Positions 18,721 to 28,535 of a stretch of 64,000 nucleotides of DNA are shown here, piece after piece. Below the pieces are notes generated by a model. That model did no database searches and was not told the origin of the DNA. It saw only the letters and a list, made by a program, of their open reading frames with translations. Location: the NCBI GenBank assembly GCA_040902515.1, contig JBBDXB010000006.1, positions 499,419 to 563,418 on the forward strand, read 5' to 3'. The translations under genes and the position numbers were made by a program. Within the stretch, counting starts at the first letter, position 1. Each line of letters begins with the position of its first letter. Origin of the DNA: Patescibacteria group bacterium. Its GTDB lineage: Bacteria; Patescibacteriota; SICC01.

Positions 18721-19890
18721 ATGCGTGAAGCGACCGGATTCCCCGGACTCAAGCAGGCCGCCAAGCGGTTCGGCACGCCGCTCTACGTCTACGACGAGCG
18801 GGTGATCGCGGACCGGTACCGGGAGCTGGTGCGGTCGATCCGCTATCCGAAGCTCGAAGTCCACTACGCGATGAAGGCGAACGCGAACCCGCGGGTGCTC
18901 CGGCTCCTGCGACGGCTCGGTTCGGACGTGGAGACGGTCAGTCCCGGCGAGATCCGGCTCGCGAAGCAGGCCGGGTTCACGCCGAAGCAGATCGCGTTCA
19001 CGTGCGCCAGTGCGAGCGCGGCCGATCTGGATGCGGCCGTCCGCGGCGGCGCCACGGTGAACGCGGACTCGCTGCATCAGCTCGAGTACCTCGCGAAGCG
19101 GCTACCGAAGCGCCGGCCGCTCGGCGTGCGGATCAACCAGGGGATCGCCGGTGGCCATCACAAGCATGTGATGACCGGCGGACCGGATAGCAAGTTCGGG
19201 ATCGATCCCGGGCAAGTGCGGGACGCGCGGCGGATTGCCGCGAAGTACGGGCGGAAGATCAACGGGATCCACCAGCACATCGGCTCGAACGTGTTGGATC
19301 CGCCGCTGTTCGCCAAGGCGATGCGGGCGCTGCTCGGCACCGCCCGCCAGTTCGATGAGCTGGATTACGTGGACTTCGGCGGGGGATTCGGCGTGCCGTA
19401 CCGGCCCGATGAACCGCGGCTGGACATTCCGGAGCTCGGCCGGCTGATCGATAAGACGATGGCGGCGTTCATGGCTGCGGCCGGCTATGAGCCGCGGCTC
19501 GCGTTCGAGCCCGGGCGCTACCTGGTGGCGGAAGCCGGCACGCTTCTGGTGACCGTGACGGACTACAAGGTCACGCCGCACAAGGTATTCGTGGGCGTGG
19601 ATTCGGGATTCAATCAGCTGCTCCGCCCGGCGATGTACGGCTCGTACCATCACATCGAGAACGTCAGCAATCCGCGGGGTCGCCGCTGCACGGTGACGAT
19701 CGCGGGGAACGTCTGCGAATCGGGGGACGTGTTCGCGAGGGATCGGCCGCTTGCGGCGTCGCGGCTCGGCGACCTCCTCGCGATCCGCACCGCCGGCGCG
19801 TACGGTGAGACGATGGCCTCGACCTACAACGCGCGGCCGCTACCAAAGGCAGCCGTCATCACCACGGCGGGCAAGTTAGTCGCGAGCTGA
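18721..19890 (+). CDS. lysA: Diaminopimelate decarboxylase
   Basis: GTPLYVYD, YAMKAN (PLP Lys), SKFGI, HIGS, GGGFG, EPGRYLV, CESGD and GAYG motifs. Confidence 0.95.
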   Translation: MREATGFPGLKQAAKRFGTPLYVYDERVIADRYRELVRSIRYPKLEVHYAMKANANPRVLRLLRRLGSDVETVSPGEIRLAKQAGFTPKQIAFTCASASAADLDAAVRGGATVNADSLHQLEYLAKRLPKRRPLGVRINQGIAGGHHKHVMTGGPDSKFGIDPGQVRDARRIAAKYGRKINGIHQHIGSNVLDPPLFAKAMRALLGTARQFDELDYVDFGGGFGVPYRPDEPRLDIPELGRLIDKTMAAFMAAAGYEPRLAFEPGRYLVAEAGTLLVTVTDYKVTPHKVFVGVDSGFNQLLRPAMYGSYHHIENVSNPRGRRCTVTIAGNVCESGDVFARDRPLAASRLGDLLAIRTAGAYGETMASTYNARPLPKAAVITTAGKLVAS

Positions 19891-20172
19891 CACAAGCAGA
19901 CTCACCGGCTCATACGTCGGCTCCTGCTCGCAGGCCGGATACAGCGTCGCGACGAACTCCTTGGTGTAGTCGGCGTCCTTGTGCCGCTCCTGCGCAGTGG
20001 CATCGGCGAACGTCATCAGATGCGCGAACGACCGTCCGTCCTCCTTGAGCCACGATTCGTAGCGGGTCTCCGGCTCCTGCTCGGCGATCGCGGCGACGAA
20101 CCGTCGGACCGCCTCTTTCACCGCCGCTTCCTGACCGGCTCGGACGGTGTACTGGATCAGCATCGAGGGCAT
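19876..20172 (-). CDS. Antibiotic biosynthesis monooxygenase (ABM)/dimeric alpha-beta barrel protein
   Basis: 98 aa with the YTVRAGQE...EP..YE...ERH pattern. Confidence 0.7.
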   Translation of the reverse strand: MPSMLIQYTVRAGQEAAVKEAVRRFVAAIAEQEPETRYESWLKEDGRSFAHLMTFADATAQERHKDADYTKEFVATLYPACEQEPTYEPVSLLVSARD

Positions 20173-20306
20173 GCCTTGAGCCTAGCAGAGAAGCGCGATT
20201 CCGGGCGGCCACCGGCGTGCCCAGGCGTGCTATCATGGCGGCAAACGCGGAACCGGCGCACGCACACGTATACGGCAGCGCGGTCCGCGCCAACACGCAC
20301 ACCAAC

Positions 20307-20987
20307 ATGAAACGCATCGCGGTCCTCATTTCGAACAAAAGCGGCGGCTCCAACCTGCAGGCCATGCTGGACGGGCAGGCCGACCGGTTCGACGGCCAGG
20401 TCGCGGTGGTCGCGTCCGACAAGGAAGATGCCTACGGCCTGGTGCGCGCCCGCGAAGCGGACGTGCCGACGGTGGTGCTCGACCACGCGGACTACGCGGC
20501 GCACGGCCGGCCCCGCTCACACTACGAGGAGGACCTCGCGCACAAGCTCCAACGGTTCGCGCCGGACCTGATCGTCCTGGCGGGCTGGACGTACGACCTG
20601 TCCGACGCGTTCCACCGGTACTTCCCGTGGCGGGTGCTCTCGGTGCATCCGGGACTGCTGCCGGATCCGGGGTATCACAAGTATAAGCTCCCGGACGGGA
20701 ACTTCGCCGATCCGTGTCTCGGCCTGACCGGCGAGAACGCGATCCAGGCGGTCCTGGCAGGCGGTCAGAAGTGGGCCGGCTCCAGCGTCTTCGCGCACAC
20801 GCCGGACGGCGGGGCGGGGCCGGTGTTCCAGCGCGCGGTGGTCGAGGTGCACGGCGGCGACACGGTCGAGAAGCTCTATGCCCGGATCAAGCCGGCGGAG
20901 CACAAGGCGCTGACCCGCGCCCTCGCCGAGATCTGCAGGGTTGCCGTCGCGCGCGCACCGCAGTACGGCGACGTACGCCGCGGTTGA
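20307..20987 (+). CDS. purN: Phosphoribosylglycinamide formyltransferase-like protein (catalytically divergent)
   Basis: MKRIAVLIS..GSNLQA, DLIVLAGW and HPGLLP motifs. Catalytic Asn and Asp positions appear substituted. Confidence 0.75.
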   Translation: MKRIAVLISNKSGGSNLQAMLDGQADRFDGQVAVVASDKEDAYGLVRAREADVPTVVLDHADYAAHGRPRSHYEEDLAHKLQRFAPDLIVLAGWTYDLSDAFHRYFPWRVLSVHPGLLPDPGYHKYKLPDGNFADPCLGLTGENAIQAVLAGGQKWAGSSVFAHTPDGGAGPVFQRAVVEVHGGDTVEKLYARIKPAEHKALTRALAEICRVAVARAPQYGDVRRG

Positions 20988-21032
20988 CGTACTTTCCGGG
21001 GCGCGGTATCAAGGGGTGTCACGGAGAAGCGC

Positions 21033-21689
21033 ATGATCGACGAACCCACACCCGACCACGGATTCGAACCGGACGGAGAGCCCGAGGAAGAACTCGCCGG
21101 ACTGCAGCCCGTGCAGGACCGCTTCTTCGTGGAATCGTTAGAAGCGCGGGAGCTTGAACGGGCTAGCCGGGTGCTCGACATCACGACGATCCACCGGCTG
21201 CCACGCCGGTTCCACGACGGCGACTTGGAGCGGTTCGAGGAACATGGCGTCAGCGTCCGTTTCGTGCCGTTCCGGGCGAACAGCCGTCCGGTTCCCGAGG
21301 CGTGGAAGGACGTGTTCACCCAGGCGGTGGATGGGCCGGGCTGGTATGCGGTCTACGAGGAGCCGCTGGATGCGGCGGCGATCGCCCGGCGCGGCATAAC
21401 GCAGGAGCCGGTCACGGTCGCGGAGTTCTTCGAGAGCCTGGGCCGGCTGCAGATGGACTTGCCCGGCAATCCCAACGCACCGCTCGTGCTCGCGAACGCG
21501 CCGGAGCTGTACTATTTATTGGACCGCGACTCCGGTTGGTTCGAGGACGGCGAGCTGATGTTGTCTTCGGCGCCGAGCGCCGATACCGCCCTCGCGTTAC
21601 GGTTCGACGGCCCGAAGGCGGAACAGCGGGAGTACCGGCTCGACGAACCCTTCGGCGGTGCTATCTATCCGCTCCGTCGCGTGGCTTGA
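21033..21689 (+). CDS. Hypothetical protein
   Basis: 218-aa acidic ORF with GGAG SD. Confidence 0.7.
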   Translation: MIDEPTPDHGFEPDGEPEEELAGLQPVQDRFFVESLEARELERASRVLDITTIHRLPRRFHDGDLERFEEHGVSVRFVPFRANSRPVPEAWKDVFTQAVDGPGWYAVYEEPLDAAAIARRGITQEPVTVAEFFESLGRLQMDLPGNPNAPLVLANAPELYYLLDRDSGWFEDGELMLSSAPSADTALALRFDGPKAEQREYRLDEPFGGAIYPLRRVA

Positions 21690-22056
21690 GGCCTTGGCCT
21701 CTCGCCTGCTGCCGGGCCCTCTTGGCCGCCATGATCGCTTCCATGCTGGGGCCGTCGGCCGTGCGGATCGGCGGAACCTTTCCGTCCCGTCGCTCGGCAC
21801 TGCGGCGAAGGTAGTTGCCTACGCCGTTTGGAAACGTCTCTATCAAGCGGTTCAGCCCTTCTCCGTCGCGGAAGGAGCCGTCCCGCCGGGCCGAACGGGC
21901 CTGGAAGGTGTCGGTATCGGGAGTGTCCGTCGCATCGGCATCGGGGATACTTGCTACTTCAGGGACGGCAGGAACGGACTCGGATCCGGGTTCGACTAAC
22001 GACTCCGGCTCGGCGTCGGGATTGAATCCTGATCCTGTCTCTGCTCGTAGGCTCAC
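21661..22056 (-). CDS. Hypothetical protein
   Basis: 131-aa ORF downstream of smpB with a low-complexity acidic N-terminus. Confidence 0.5.
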   Translation of the reverse strand: MSLRAETGSGFNPDAEPESLVEPGSESVPAVPEVASIPDADATDTPDTDTFQARSARRDGSFRDGEGLNRLIETFPNGVGNYLRRSAERRDGKVPPIRTADGPSMEAIMAAKRARQQARGQGLKPRDGADR

Positions 22057-22096
22057 GATTCCTAAGTCTACGGATTCTCAGAAATTTGTCAATGGA

Positions 22097-22561
22097 CTAG
22101 CTTTTCGTGGCACGCTTGACCGCTTGTGCGGTCTCGCGGTCCGCCTGGCGGCGCTTCAGCGTCTCGCGCTTATCGTGCGCTTTCTTACCCCGGGCAAGGG
22201 CGATCTCGAGTTTCACCAGTCCTTTGCTGAGGCCGACCGTGACCGGCACAAGGGTACGGCCCTTCTCGCGCGTGGCGCCGACCAGCTTGTCGAGTTCGCT
22301 GCGATGGAGCAGGAGCTTCCGGGTGCGGGTCGGATCGGGTCCGCTGCCGTCCGCCTGGGCGGCGGCCGCATGCCAGGGTTTGACGTGCGCGCCGACCAGG
22401 TACGCCTCGCCGCCGCGGATCGTCACGTACGCTTCCTGGATCGAGATGTCGCCTGCCTTGATCGACTTCACCTCGCCGCCGGTCAGCGCGATGCCCGCCT
22501 CGTACGTTTGCTCGAAGAGGTAGTCGTGCCGCGCGCGCCGGTTCTTCGCGATGACTTTCAT
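22097..22561 (-). CDS. smpB: SsrA-binding protein
   Basis: NRRARHDY, EAGIALTGGEVKSIK, RTRKLLLH and RGKKAHDKRE motifs. Confidence 0.97.
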   Translation of the reverse strand: MKVIAKNRRARHDYLFEQTYEAGIALTGGEVKSIKAGDISIQEAYVTIRGGEAYLVGAHVKPWHAAAAQADGSGPDPTRTRKLLLHRSELDKLVGATREKGRTLVPVTVGLSKGLVKLEIALARGKKAHDKRETLKRRQADRETAQAVKRATKS

Positions 22562-22611
22562 GGTTCGATTATGCCTCATCTGACGGAACACGACGCGGGA
22601 TCGGCACATAC

Positions 22612-22661
22612 AAAAGGAAAAGCGGCCGGAGAAACGGGAGTGTGATTGTTTCTCCGGCCGC
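22612..22661 (-). terminator. Intrinsic terminator
   Basis: 14-bp stem GCGGCCGGAGAAAC/GTTTCTCCGGCCGC followed by TTTTCCTTTT on the minus strand. Confidence 0.75.
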
Positions 22662-22708
22662 GCGGGGTGTCGTGTCGTCCGGATGGTGGCAGGTCCGCGA
22701 AGCAGCGG

Positions 22709-22867
22709 TCACCGGGTCTGGGACGGAGGAGTCGGGTCGTGGGGTGTTCCATACCTGTCCTCAGCGCCAGCAGTGATGGCAATCAGGGCCACCACCAGGC
22801 AGACGATCCCGACGATCACGACAGTCGGCGACATGCCGGTGGGGCTGCCATTGTCCTTCCGTTGCAT
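22709..22867 (-). CDS. Small single-TM protein (52 aa), absent from the ORF track
   Basis: MQRKDNGSPTGMSPTVVIVGIVCLVVALIAITAGAEDRYGTPHDPTPPSQTR, with a GAAAGGAA SD and its own terminator. Confidence 0.65.
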   Translation of the reverse strand: MQRKDNGSPTGMSPTVVIVGIVCLVVALIAITAGAEDRYGTPHDPTPPSQTR

Positions 22868-22938
22868 AGCGATTCCTTTCCGGTTGTGAACGAACGTTTT
22901 ACCTGGACCTGCGAACGACGGATAATGGTATCAATCCT

Positions 22939-24504
22939 ATGCTTGCTCAACAAATACGCACACTGCTTACGAAACTTGCCGAGGCGGAAGACGCCGGCTT
23001 TTCCGTCGAGCGGCCGAAGCAGCCGGAACACGGCGACTACGCCTCGAACGTGGCGATGGTGCTTGGCAAGAAGCGGGGCGTGAATCCGCGGAGCCTGGCC
23101 GAACAGCTTCAGGAAAAGCTCTCGACCGAGGAGATGTTCAACGCGGTCGAAGTGGCCGGGCCGGGGTTCCTCAACTTCCGGTTGAGCCCGGCCGCCTGGC
23201 AGGGGGTGGTCGCGGAAATCCTGGGGGCGGACAAGGACTTGGGGCGGCTCCCCGAGACCGGCCGGAAGGTCCAGGTCGAGTTCATTTCCGCCAACCCGAC
23301 CGGCCCGCTCACGCTCGGCAACGGACGCGGTGGGTACGGTGGCGACGTCCTGGCGAACGTCCTGGCCCGGGCGGGGCACACGGTCAGCCGCGAGTACTAC
23401 CTGAACGACGCGGGCTTCCAGGTGGAGCAGCTCGGCGCCACGCTCAAAGGCGAGGAAGACGCCTACAAGGGCGAGTACGTCGCGGAGCTCAAGACCAAGG
23501 TGGACGCGTCGAAGACCGCGGCTGAGGTGGGGACCGCTGCCGCGGAGCTGATGACCGAAGAGATCCGGAAGACGATCGGGCGGATGGGCATCCGGTTCGA
23601 CTCCTGGTTCTCGGAGCGGAAGGAGCTCCATGACAGCGGCGAGACCGCGCGGGTCCTGGGCGACCTCGAGAAGATCGACGCGACCTACGAGAAGGACGGC
23701 GCGCTCTGGCTCAAGACGACCCACCACGACGACGACAAGGACCGCGTGCTCCGGAAGTCCGACGGCGCGCTCACGTACTTCGCCGCCGACCTGGCCTACC
23801 ACTACCACAAGCTGGCGAAGCGTCAGTTCGACCTGGCGATCGACATCTGGGGCGCCGACCACCACGGCTACATCAAGCGGCTCGAAGCGGGGGCGGAGTT
23901 CCTCCGGCAGGCCGAGCACTTCGAGGGGAAGTTACAGATCGTGATCACGCAGTTGGTCCGCCTGACCCGCGAGGGACAGGAAGTGAAGATGAGCAAGCGC
24001 GCCGGGACCTATGTGACGCTCGACGAGCTGCTCGACGAGGTGCCGTCCGACGTGGCGCGCTTCTTCTTCGTGATGCGCGGCTGGGATACCCACATGGACT
24101 TCGACCTCGACCTGGCCAAAGAGCAGAGCCAGAAGAATCCCGTCTACTACCTGAAGTACGCGTACGCGCGGGTGGCGGGGATCCTCCGGCAGGCCGGCCG
24201 CGGCGCGAAGAAGAAGGACGCGGAACTCGATCGGCTCGTCGAACCGGCGGAGTTCGCGCTGATCCAGGAGCTGGCCGGCTTCCCCGAGGTGATCCGCCAG
24301 ACGGCGGAGGACTACCAGATCCAGCGGGTGCCGCACTACGCGCTCGGCGTGGCCGACGCGTTCCACAAGTTCTACGAGCAGTGCCGGGTGGTGTCGGACG
24401 ACAAGGAGCTTACCGCGGCACGGCTCAAGCTGGTCGAGGCCACGAAGCTGACGCTTGAACAGGTCGGCGAGACGCTCGGCATCGAGATGCCGGAGAAACT
24501 GTAG
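22939..24504 (+). CDS. argS: Arginine--tRNA ligase
   Basis: HGDYASN, GPGFLNF, EFISANPTGPL, WGADHHGY, KMSKRAG and YAYAR motifs. Confidence 0.98.
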   Translation: MLAQQIRTLLTKLAEAEDAGFSVERPKQPEHGDYASNVAMVLGKKRGVNPRSLAEQLQEKLSTEEMFNAVEVAGPGFLNFRLSPAAWQGVVAEILGADKDLGRLPETGRKVQVEFISANPTGPLTLGNGRGGYGGDVLANVLARAGHTVSREYYLNDAGFQVEQLGATLKGEEDAYKGEYVAELKTKVDASKTAAEVGTAAAELMTEEIRKTIGRMGIRFDSWFSERKELHDSGETARVLGDLEKIDATYEKDGALWLKTTHHDDDKDRVLRKSDGALTYFAADLAYHYHKLAKRQFDLAIDIWGADHHGYIKRLEAGAEFLRQAEHFEGKLQIVITQLVRLTREGQEVKMSKRAGTYVTLDELLDEVPSDVARFFFVMRGWDTHMDFDLDLAKEQSQKNPVYYLKYAYARVAGILRQAGRGAKKKDAELDRLVEPAEFALIQELAGFPEVIRQTAEDYQIQRVPHYALGVADAFHKFYEQCRVVSDDKELTAARLKLVEATKLTLEQVGETLGIEMPEKL

Positions 24505-26850
24505 CTACAGTTTGATCTGCCAGAGCCGGTTCCCGGAGAGCACGAACAGCTCCTCCGTCTTGTCGTCGACGACGATGTCGGTGATGTCGCCGAAATCGTC
24601 GCTCCGGAACTGGCGGACGTAGGCACCGTCGGCGTTGAACTCGACCACCCGTTCCCGCTTCGGGTCGGCCACGAACAGGTGGTCGTTCGCGAAGTTGATC
24701 GCGAACGCGGTCGCGCCGTCGAGGGAACTATCCGGGGCGGGCGGTTTGGCGAGCGGCAGGTCCGCCGGTTCGCCGCCGCTGGCACGGATCACCGTGCCGT
24801 CCGACTTCAGGATGTGCACCGCCGCACCGGTCACGATGTCGACCGCGCCTTCCAGGTCGACCTCGCCATCGAAGTACGGTTCGCCGCGGTTGAACGCGGA
24901 GAGCGTCCGGGTGTGGCGCCAGACCTGGTCGTCATCGGGCGAAAGGATGTACGCGTTCTGCTGGACGGTGTCGACCGCCGTACCGCGCTCCCAGCTGCCG
25001 CCGGTTCCGATCGCGATTTCCGCGGCCGCGCCGGACGCGGTGTCGAGCTGGACCAGCGCCGGCTTGTCGGTCAGCAGGAGGACGTCACCGTTCGAGGTCG
25101 TCGCGGTGCCGGTGACCGCGCTCTGTGCCGGTGGCTCCTCGCCGACGGTGGTCTCGCTGCCGTTCAGGTTGAAGGTGACGACCGGCGATCGCTTGCCGAA
25201 CGCGTAGAGGCTGGTGCCGGACTGGGCCATCGAGATCAGCGGGCTGTCCGCCCGCTCCCGGAAGTCGACGATCGGCTCCTGGACCCGGACCACCACGTTG
25301 ATCCGGTCCGCCGAGACGGTCAGGCTCTTTTGGAGCGCGGACACCTCGTCCTCGAGGACACCCTCTCGCTCGAGTTCGTCCGCCTGCATTCTGGCTTCGG
25401 CGAGCTGCTTCCGCGCGCCGGGCACGTCCTTGAAGATGAAGCTCGCCTCCGCCTTGGCCTGGAGCTCCTCGACCTGCTCGATCCGTTCGCGGACGTCGGC
25501 TTCGGCCTTGCGGTTCTGGGCGGCATTCACGGAGAGCGCGATGCTGATCAGCAGGATCAGCGCGCCGGCCAGGATCAGGTTCCGGTAGAGGGTCCGCTTG
25601 TCACCGGCGAACTGGTCCCGCCAGGGAAGGGTAGCTACCCGCTGGTAGACCGGAGCGGTGACCTTCCGGACGGCTCCGGAGACGCGCTGCCAGGCACCGG
25701 AACGCGGAATGCCGCTCTTCTCCCAGAGCTCCCCGAGCTTGCGGGTGACGGGACGGGCGGACTCGGCCGCCTGCCGGCCGAACCGCCGGACGGTCTCCAG
25801 GGCGGCATTCCGACTTCCGGCACCGGCCGCCGGCCGGTCGGAACGCGGCTTCGGGTGCTCCGTCTCGGGAGTGCCGGCGGCGTGCCGCGGCGGAGGTGGG
25901 GGCGCCTCGCCCTTTCGGGAAGCCTGCCAGGAACGGACCCGGTGGGTCAGCCCTGCCGTGGCCCGCTGGACCTGTGGCCGGAGTTCTCGTTCCCAACGCT
26001 TGCGGGTCTTGTCGACCAGCTCGGCGGCCGGGGTGTCCTTGCGGAGCGGCCGGAGCCGCTGGAGTGATTCGAAGTGCCGGCGCGGCGCGGACAGGATGAT
26101 CTCGTTCGGTTCGTCGGAGAGGGTTTCCGTGGAGATCAGATCCACGGTAGTGAGTTCGACGAACACCGACGCGAACCGTTCCGGCCGCTGCTCGGTGAGT
26201 TGTTCGGCGAGCTTCTGGATCGTGCGGATCGGCGGATGCAGGAAGACGGTACGGCGGAGGTCTCGGATCTGGATTCGCTCCAGCAGTTCCGGCGTGGCCA
26301 GCACCAGCTTGTCGCCGACCTCGAGCGCGCCCTCCGCGACGTTCAGGAACGTCTTCGCGGTCTGACCGCCGGCCGGCGGCTCGGAAAGCCCTTCGGTGAT
26401 GTCGGTGGAGGAGTGGCCCCGGACGAGGTACGCCTTGGCGTTTCCGGCCTGGGTCACGAAGATGTGATTCTCGTGGACCACGGAGATGACCGCGTTCAGC
26501 CTGCCGACCCAGTCGGACTGTCCTTCGGCGGCCAGGTCGGCCAGCGTCTGGTTGAGCACCGTGAGGGCGTGCTCGAACGCGTCACCGACGGAGCGGTTGA
26601 GGTCCCCGAAGAACTCGCGCTGGAACGTGTCGGTGATGATCTCACCGACGTCGTAGGCATCGTTAGTGAAGGGGATATCCGTGACGATATAAACCCGTCC
26701 GTACTGGCGTTCGAGGAAGTTTTCCGACTCTTCGGCGACCGCCCGGGCTATGCCGGTTTCGGTCTGGTTGAGGAGCCGCGCGTCCTTGGTGGTGTACTGG
26801 AGGTTCTCGGGGTGCTCGCCCCCGAACTCCAATCCGTCGGATTCAGGCAT
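24505..26850 (-). CDS. Membrane protein with PP2C-like N-terminal fold and C-terminal beta-propeller
   Basis: QAGNAKAYLVRG..GDKLVLAT is PP2C-like; there is one central TM; LFVADP..RVVEFNADG is NHL-like. Confidence 0.7.
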   Translation of the reverse strand: MPESDGLEFGGEHPENLQYTTKDARLLNQTETGIARAVAEESENFLERQYGRVYIVTDIPFTNDAYDVGEIITDTFQREFFGDLNRSVGDAFEHALTVLNQTLADLAAEGQSDWVGRLNAVISVVHENHIFVTQAGNAKAYLVRGHSSTDITEGLSEPPAGGQTAKTFLNVAEGALEVGDKLVLATPELLERIQIRDLRRTVFLHPPIRTIQKLAEQLTEQRPERFASVFVELTTVDLISTETLSDEPNEIILSAPRRHFESLQRLRPLRKDTPAAELVDKTRKRWERELRPQVQRATAGLTHRVRSWQASRKGEAPPPPPRHAAGTPETEHPKPRSDRPAAGAGSRNAALETVRRFGRQAAESARPVTRKLGELWEKSGIPRSGAWQRVSGAVRKVTAPVYQRVATLPWRDQFAGDKRTLYRNLILAGALILLISIALSVNAAQNRKAEADVRERIEQVEELQAKAEASFIFKDVPGARKQLAEARMQADELEREGVLEDEVSALQKSLTVSADRINVVVRVQEPIVDFRERADSPLISMAQSGTSLYAFGKRSPVVTFNLNGSETTVGEEPPAQSAVTGTATTSNGDVLLLTDKPALVQLDTASGAAAEIAIGTGGSWERGTAVDTVQQNAYILSPDDDQVWRHTRTLSAFNRGEPYFDGEVDLEGAVDIVTGAAVHILKSDGTVIRASGGEPADLPLAKPPAPDSSLDGATAFAINFANDHLFVADPKRERVVEFNADGAYVRQFRSDDFGDITDIVVDDKTEELFVLSGNRLWQIKL

Positions 26851-26963
26851 AACGGATTACAGTATAGCGATTTCTGTTCCGACGGACACGCAGGGAGGGG
26901 AAGGCCGGACCCGGGGCGGGCCGTCGCGGCAAATAACAGTGCTACGCTGGAGTGGTGAGGACC

Positions 26964-28424
26964 ATGACACGCCGCGACTGGTGGATCCTCGGCGGGCTGA
27001 CGCTCGCCGCGTTGCTACTCCGGTTCGTGAACCTGGGCCATCCCGGCGAGATCATCTTCGACGAGACGTACTTCGCGGTCTTCGCGCAGAACTACCTGAC
27101 CGCGACGCCGTTCTTCGACGCGGAGCCGCCGCTCGGCAAGTTCCTGATCGCCGGCGGGCAGTGGCTCTTCGGCAACGACTCCTTCGGCTGGCGGTTCGCG
27201 CCGGCGCTGTTCGGCGCGGCGGTGGTCCCGCTGCTCTACCTGCTCGCCAAGCGCCTGTTCGGCGGGGTGCTGGTCCCGGCGATCGCCGGCGTACTCGCGC
27301 TGCTCGACGGCTTCCTGCTCGTTGAGTCGCGGACGGCCGTGCTGGACGGCTTCGTCGTCTTCTTCAACGTCCTGACCTACTTCCTGTTCCTGGCCAGCTT
27401 GCAGGCGAAGACCCGCCGGGCCGCGTACCGCTGGCTGGTCGCGACGGGGGTGGCGTTCGGACTCGGGCTCTCGCTCAAGTGGATCACCCTGGCGTTCATC
27501 GCGCCGGCCGTCGGCCTGCTCCTGGTGTACGCGTTCCGTGACCGCCGCCGGATCAGACGGTTCTTCAAGGTTCGCTCCGGCGACCGGCTCCTGGCTGCGC
27601 TCGGCGCCCGGAAGGAGAACCTCTTCCGGGCGGAGCACTACGTCGCGTGGCTGGTGGTCGCGCCGGTGATCATCTACACGGCGATCTTTGCGATCCACGT
27701 GCCGTTCGATTCGACCGGCGAGAACGCCGCTGGCATCCACAAGCAGATCTGGAACTACCACCACAACCTGGATGCCACGCATCCGTACGGTTCGGACTGG
27801 TTCACCTGGCCGGCGATGATCCGGCCGGTGGCGTACTACTTCAAGGTCGTCGAGGGGCAGTGGCAGGGCATCATCGCGATGGGGAACCCCGTCGTCTGGT
27901 GGGGTGGGCTGCTGGCCGTGATCTTCGCGGCCGTGGCCGCGGTCCGGCGGCGGAGCCTGGTCCTGGTCTTCGTTCTCTTCGCGATCCTGGCGCACTACGC
28001 GCCGTGGGCGCTGATCGACCGGGTACTCTTCATCTACCACTACGCGGGGGCGCTCCCGTTCGTGATCCTGGCGCTGGCATACGCGCTCGGCCAGAGCTGG
28101 CAGTGGCGGCCGAAGGACCCGTGGCCGCAGTCACTGGTCTGGCTCGGCCTGATCGCGGCGAACGGCGTGCTCGGCGGACTGCTCCTGCGCTCGGCGCTCG
28201 GCGGGGATGTCACCTGGTTCACGGTCGGGACGCTTCTGGCCGGTGGCGTGACGCTGGTGTGGGCAGGTGCGAACGTGCCCCGCTGGCGGTGGGGAAAGAA
28301 ACAGAGCGTGGCTTTCCTGGCCCTGGCGCTGCTGGCGTTCGCCTACTTCTATCCGGTCTGGACGGGAGTCGGGCTCGACGCTACGGATTACGGTAGGCGG
28401 ATGTGGCTAGGGAGTTGGATTTGA
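26964..28424 (+). CDS. Protein O-mannosyltransferase (GT-C/PMT family)
   Basis: IFDETYF, EPPLGK, ESRTAVLD, KW and HPYGS..WP..RP motifs; polytopic. Confidence 0.9.
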   Translation: MTRRDWWILGGLTLAALLLRFVNLGHPGEIIFDETYFAVFAQNYLTATPFFDAEPPLGKFLIAGGQWLFGNDSFGWRFAPALFGAAVVPLLYLLAKRLFGGVLVPAIAGVLALLDGFLLVESRTAVLDGFVVFFNVLTYFLFLASLQAKTRRAAYRWLVATGVAFGLGLSLKWITLAFIAPAVGLLLVYAFRDRRRIRRFFKVRSGDRLLAALGARKENLFRAEHYVAWLVVAPVIIYTAIFAIHVPFDSTGENAAGIHKQIWNYHHNLDATHPYGSDWFTWPAMIRPVAYYFKVVEGQWQGIIAMGNPVVWWGGLLAVIFAAVAAVRRRSLVLVFVLFAILAHYAPWALIDRVLFIYHYAGALPFVILALAYALGQSWQWRPKDPWPQSLVWLGLIAANGVLGGLLLRSALGGDVTWFTVGTLLAGGVTLVWAGANVPRWRWGKKQSVAFLALALLAFAYFYPVWTGVGLDATDYGRRMWLGSWI

Positions 28425-28535
28425 GGTCTGCGGCATGCGGATGCGCCGGACAGGACTGGATCCGTGAAGCCTGTCCGGCTATAAGTCTCAGCATCCGCAG
28501 TTACCGCAGACGCTCAAATCGATAACGCACGAAGG

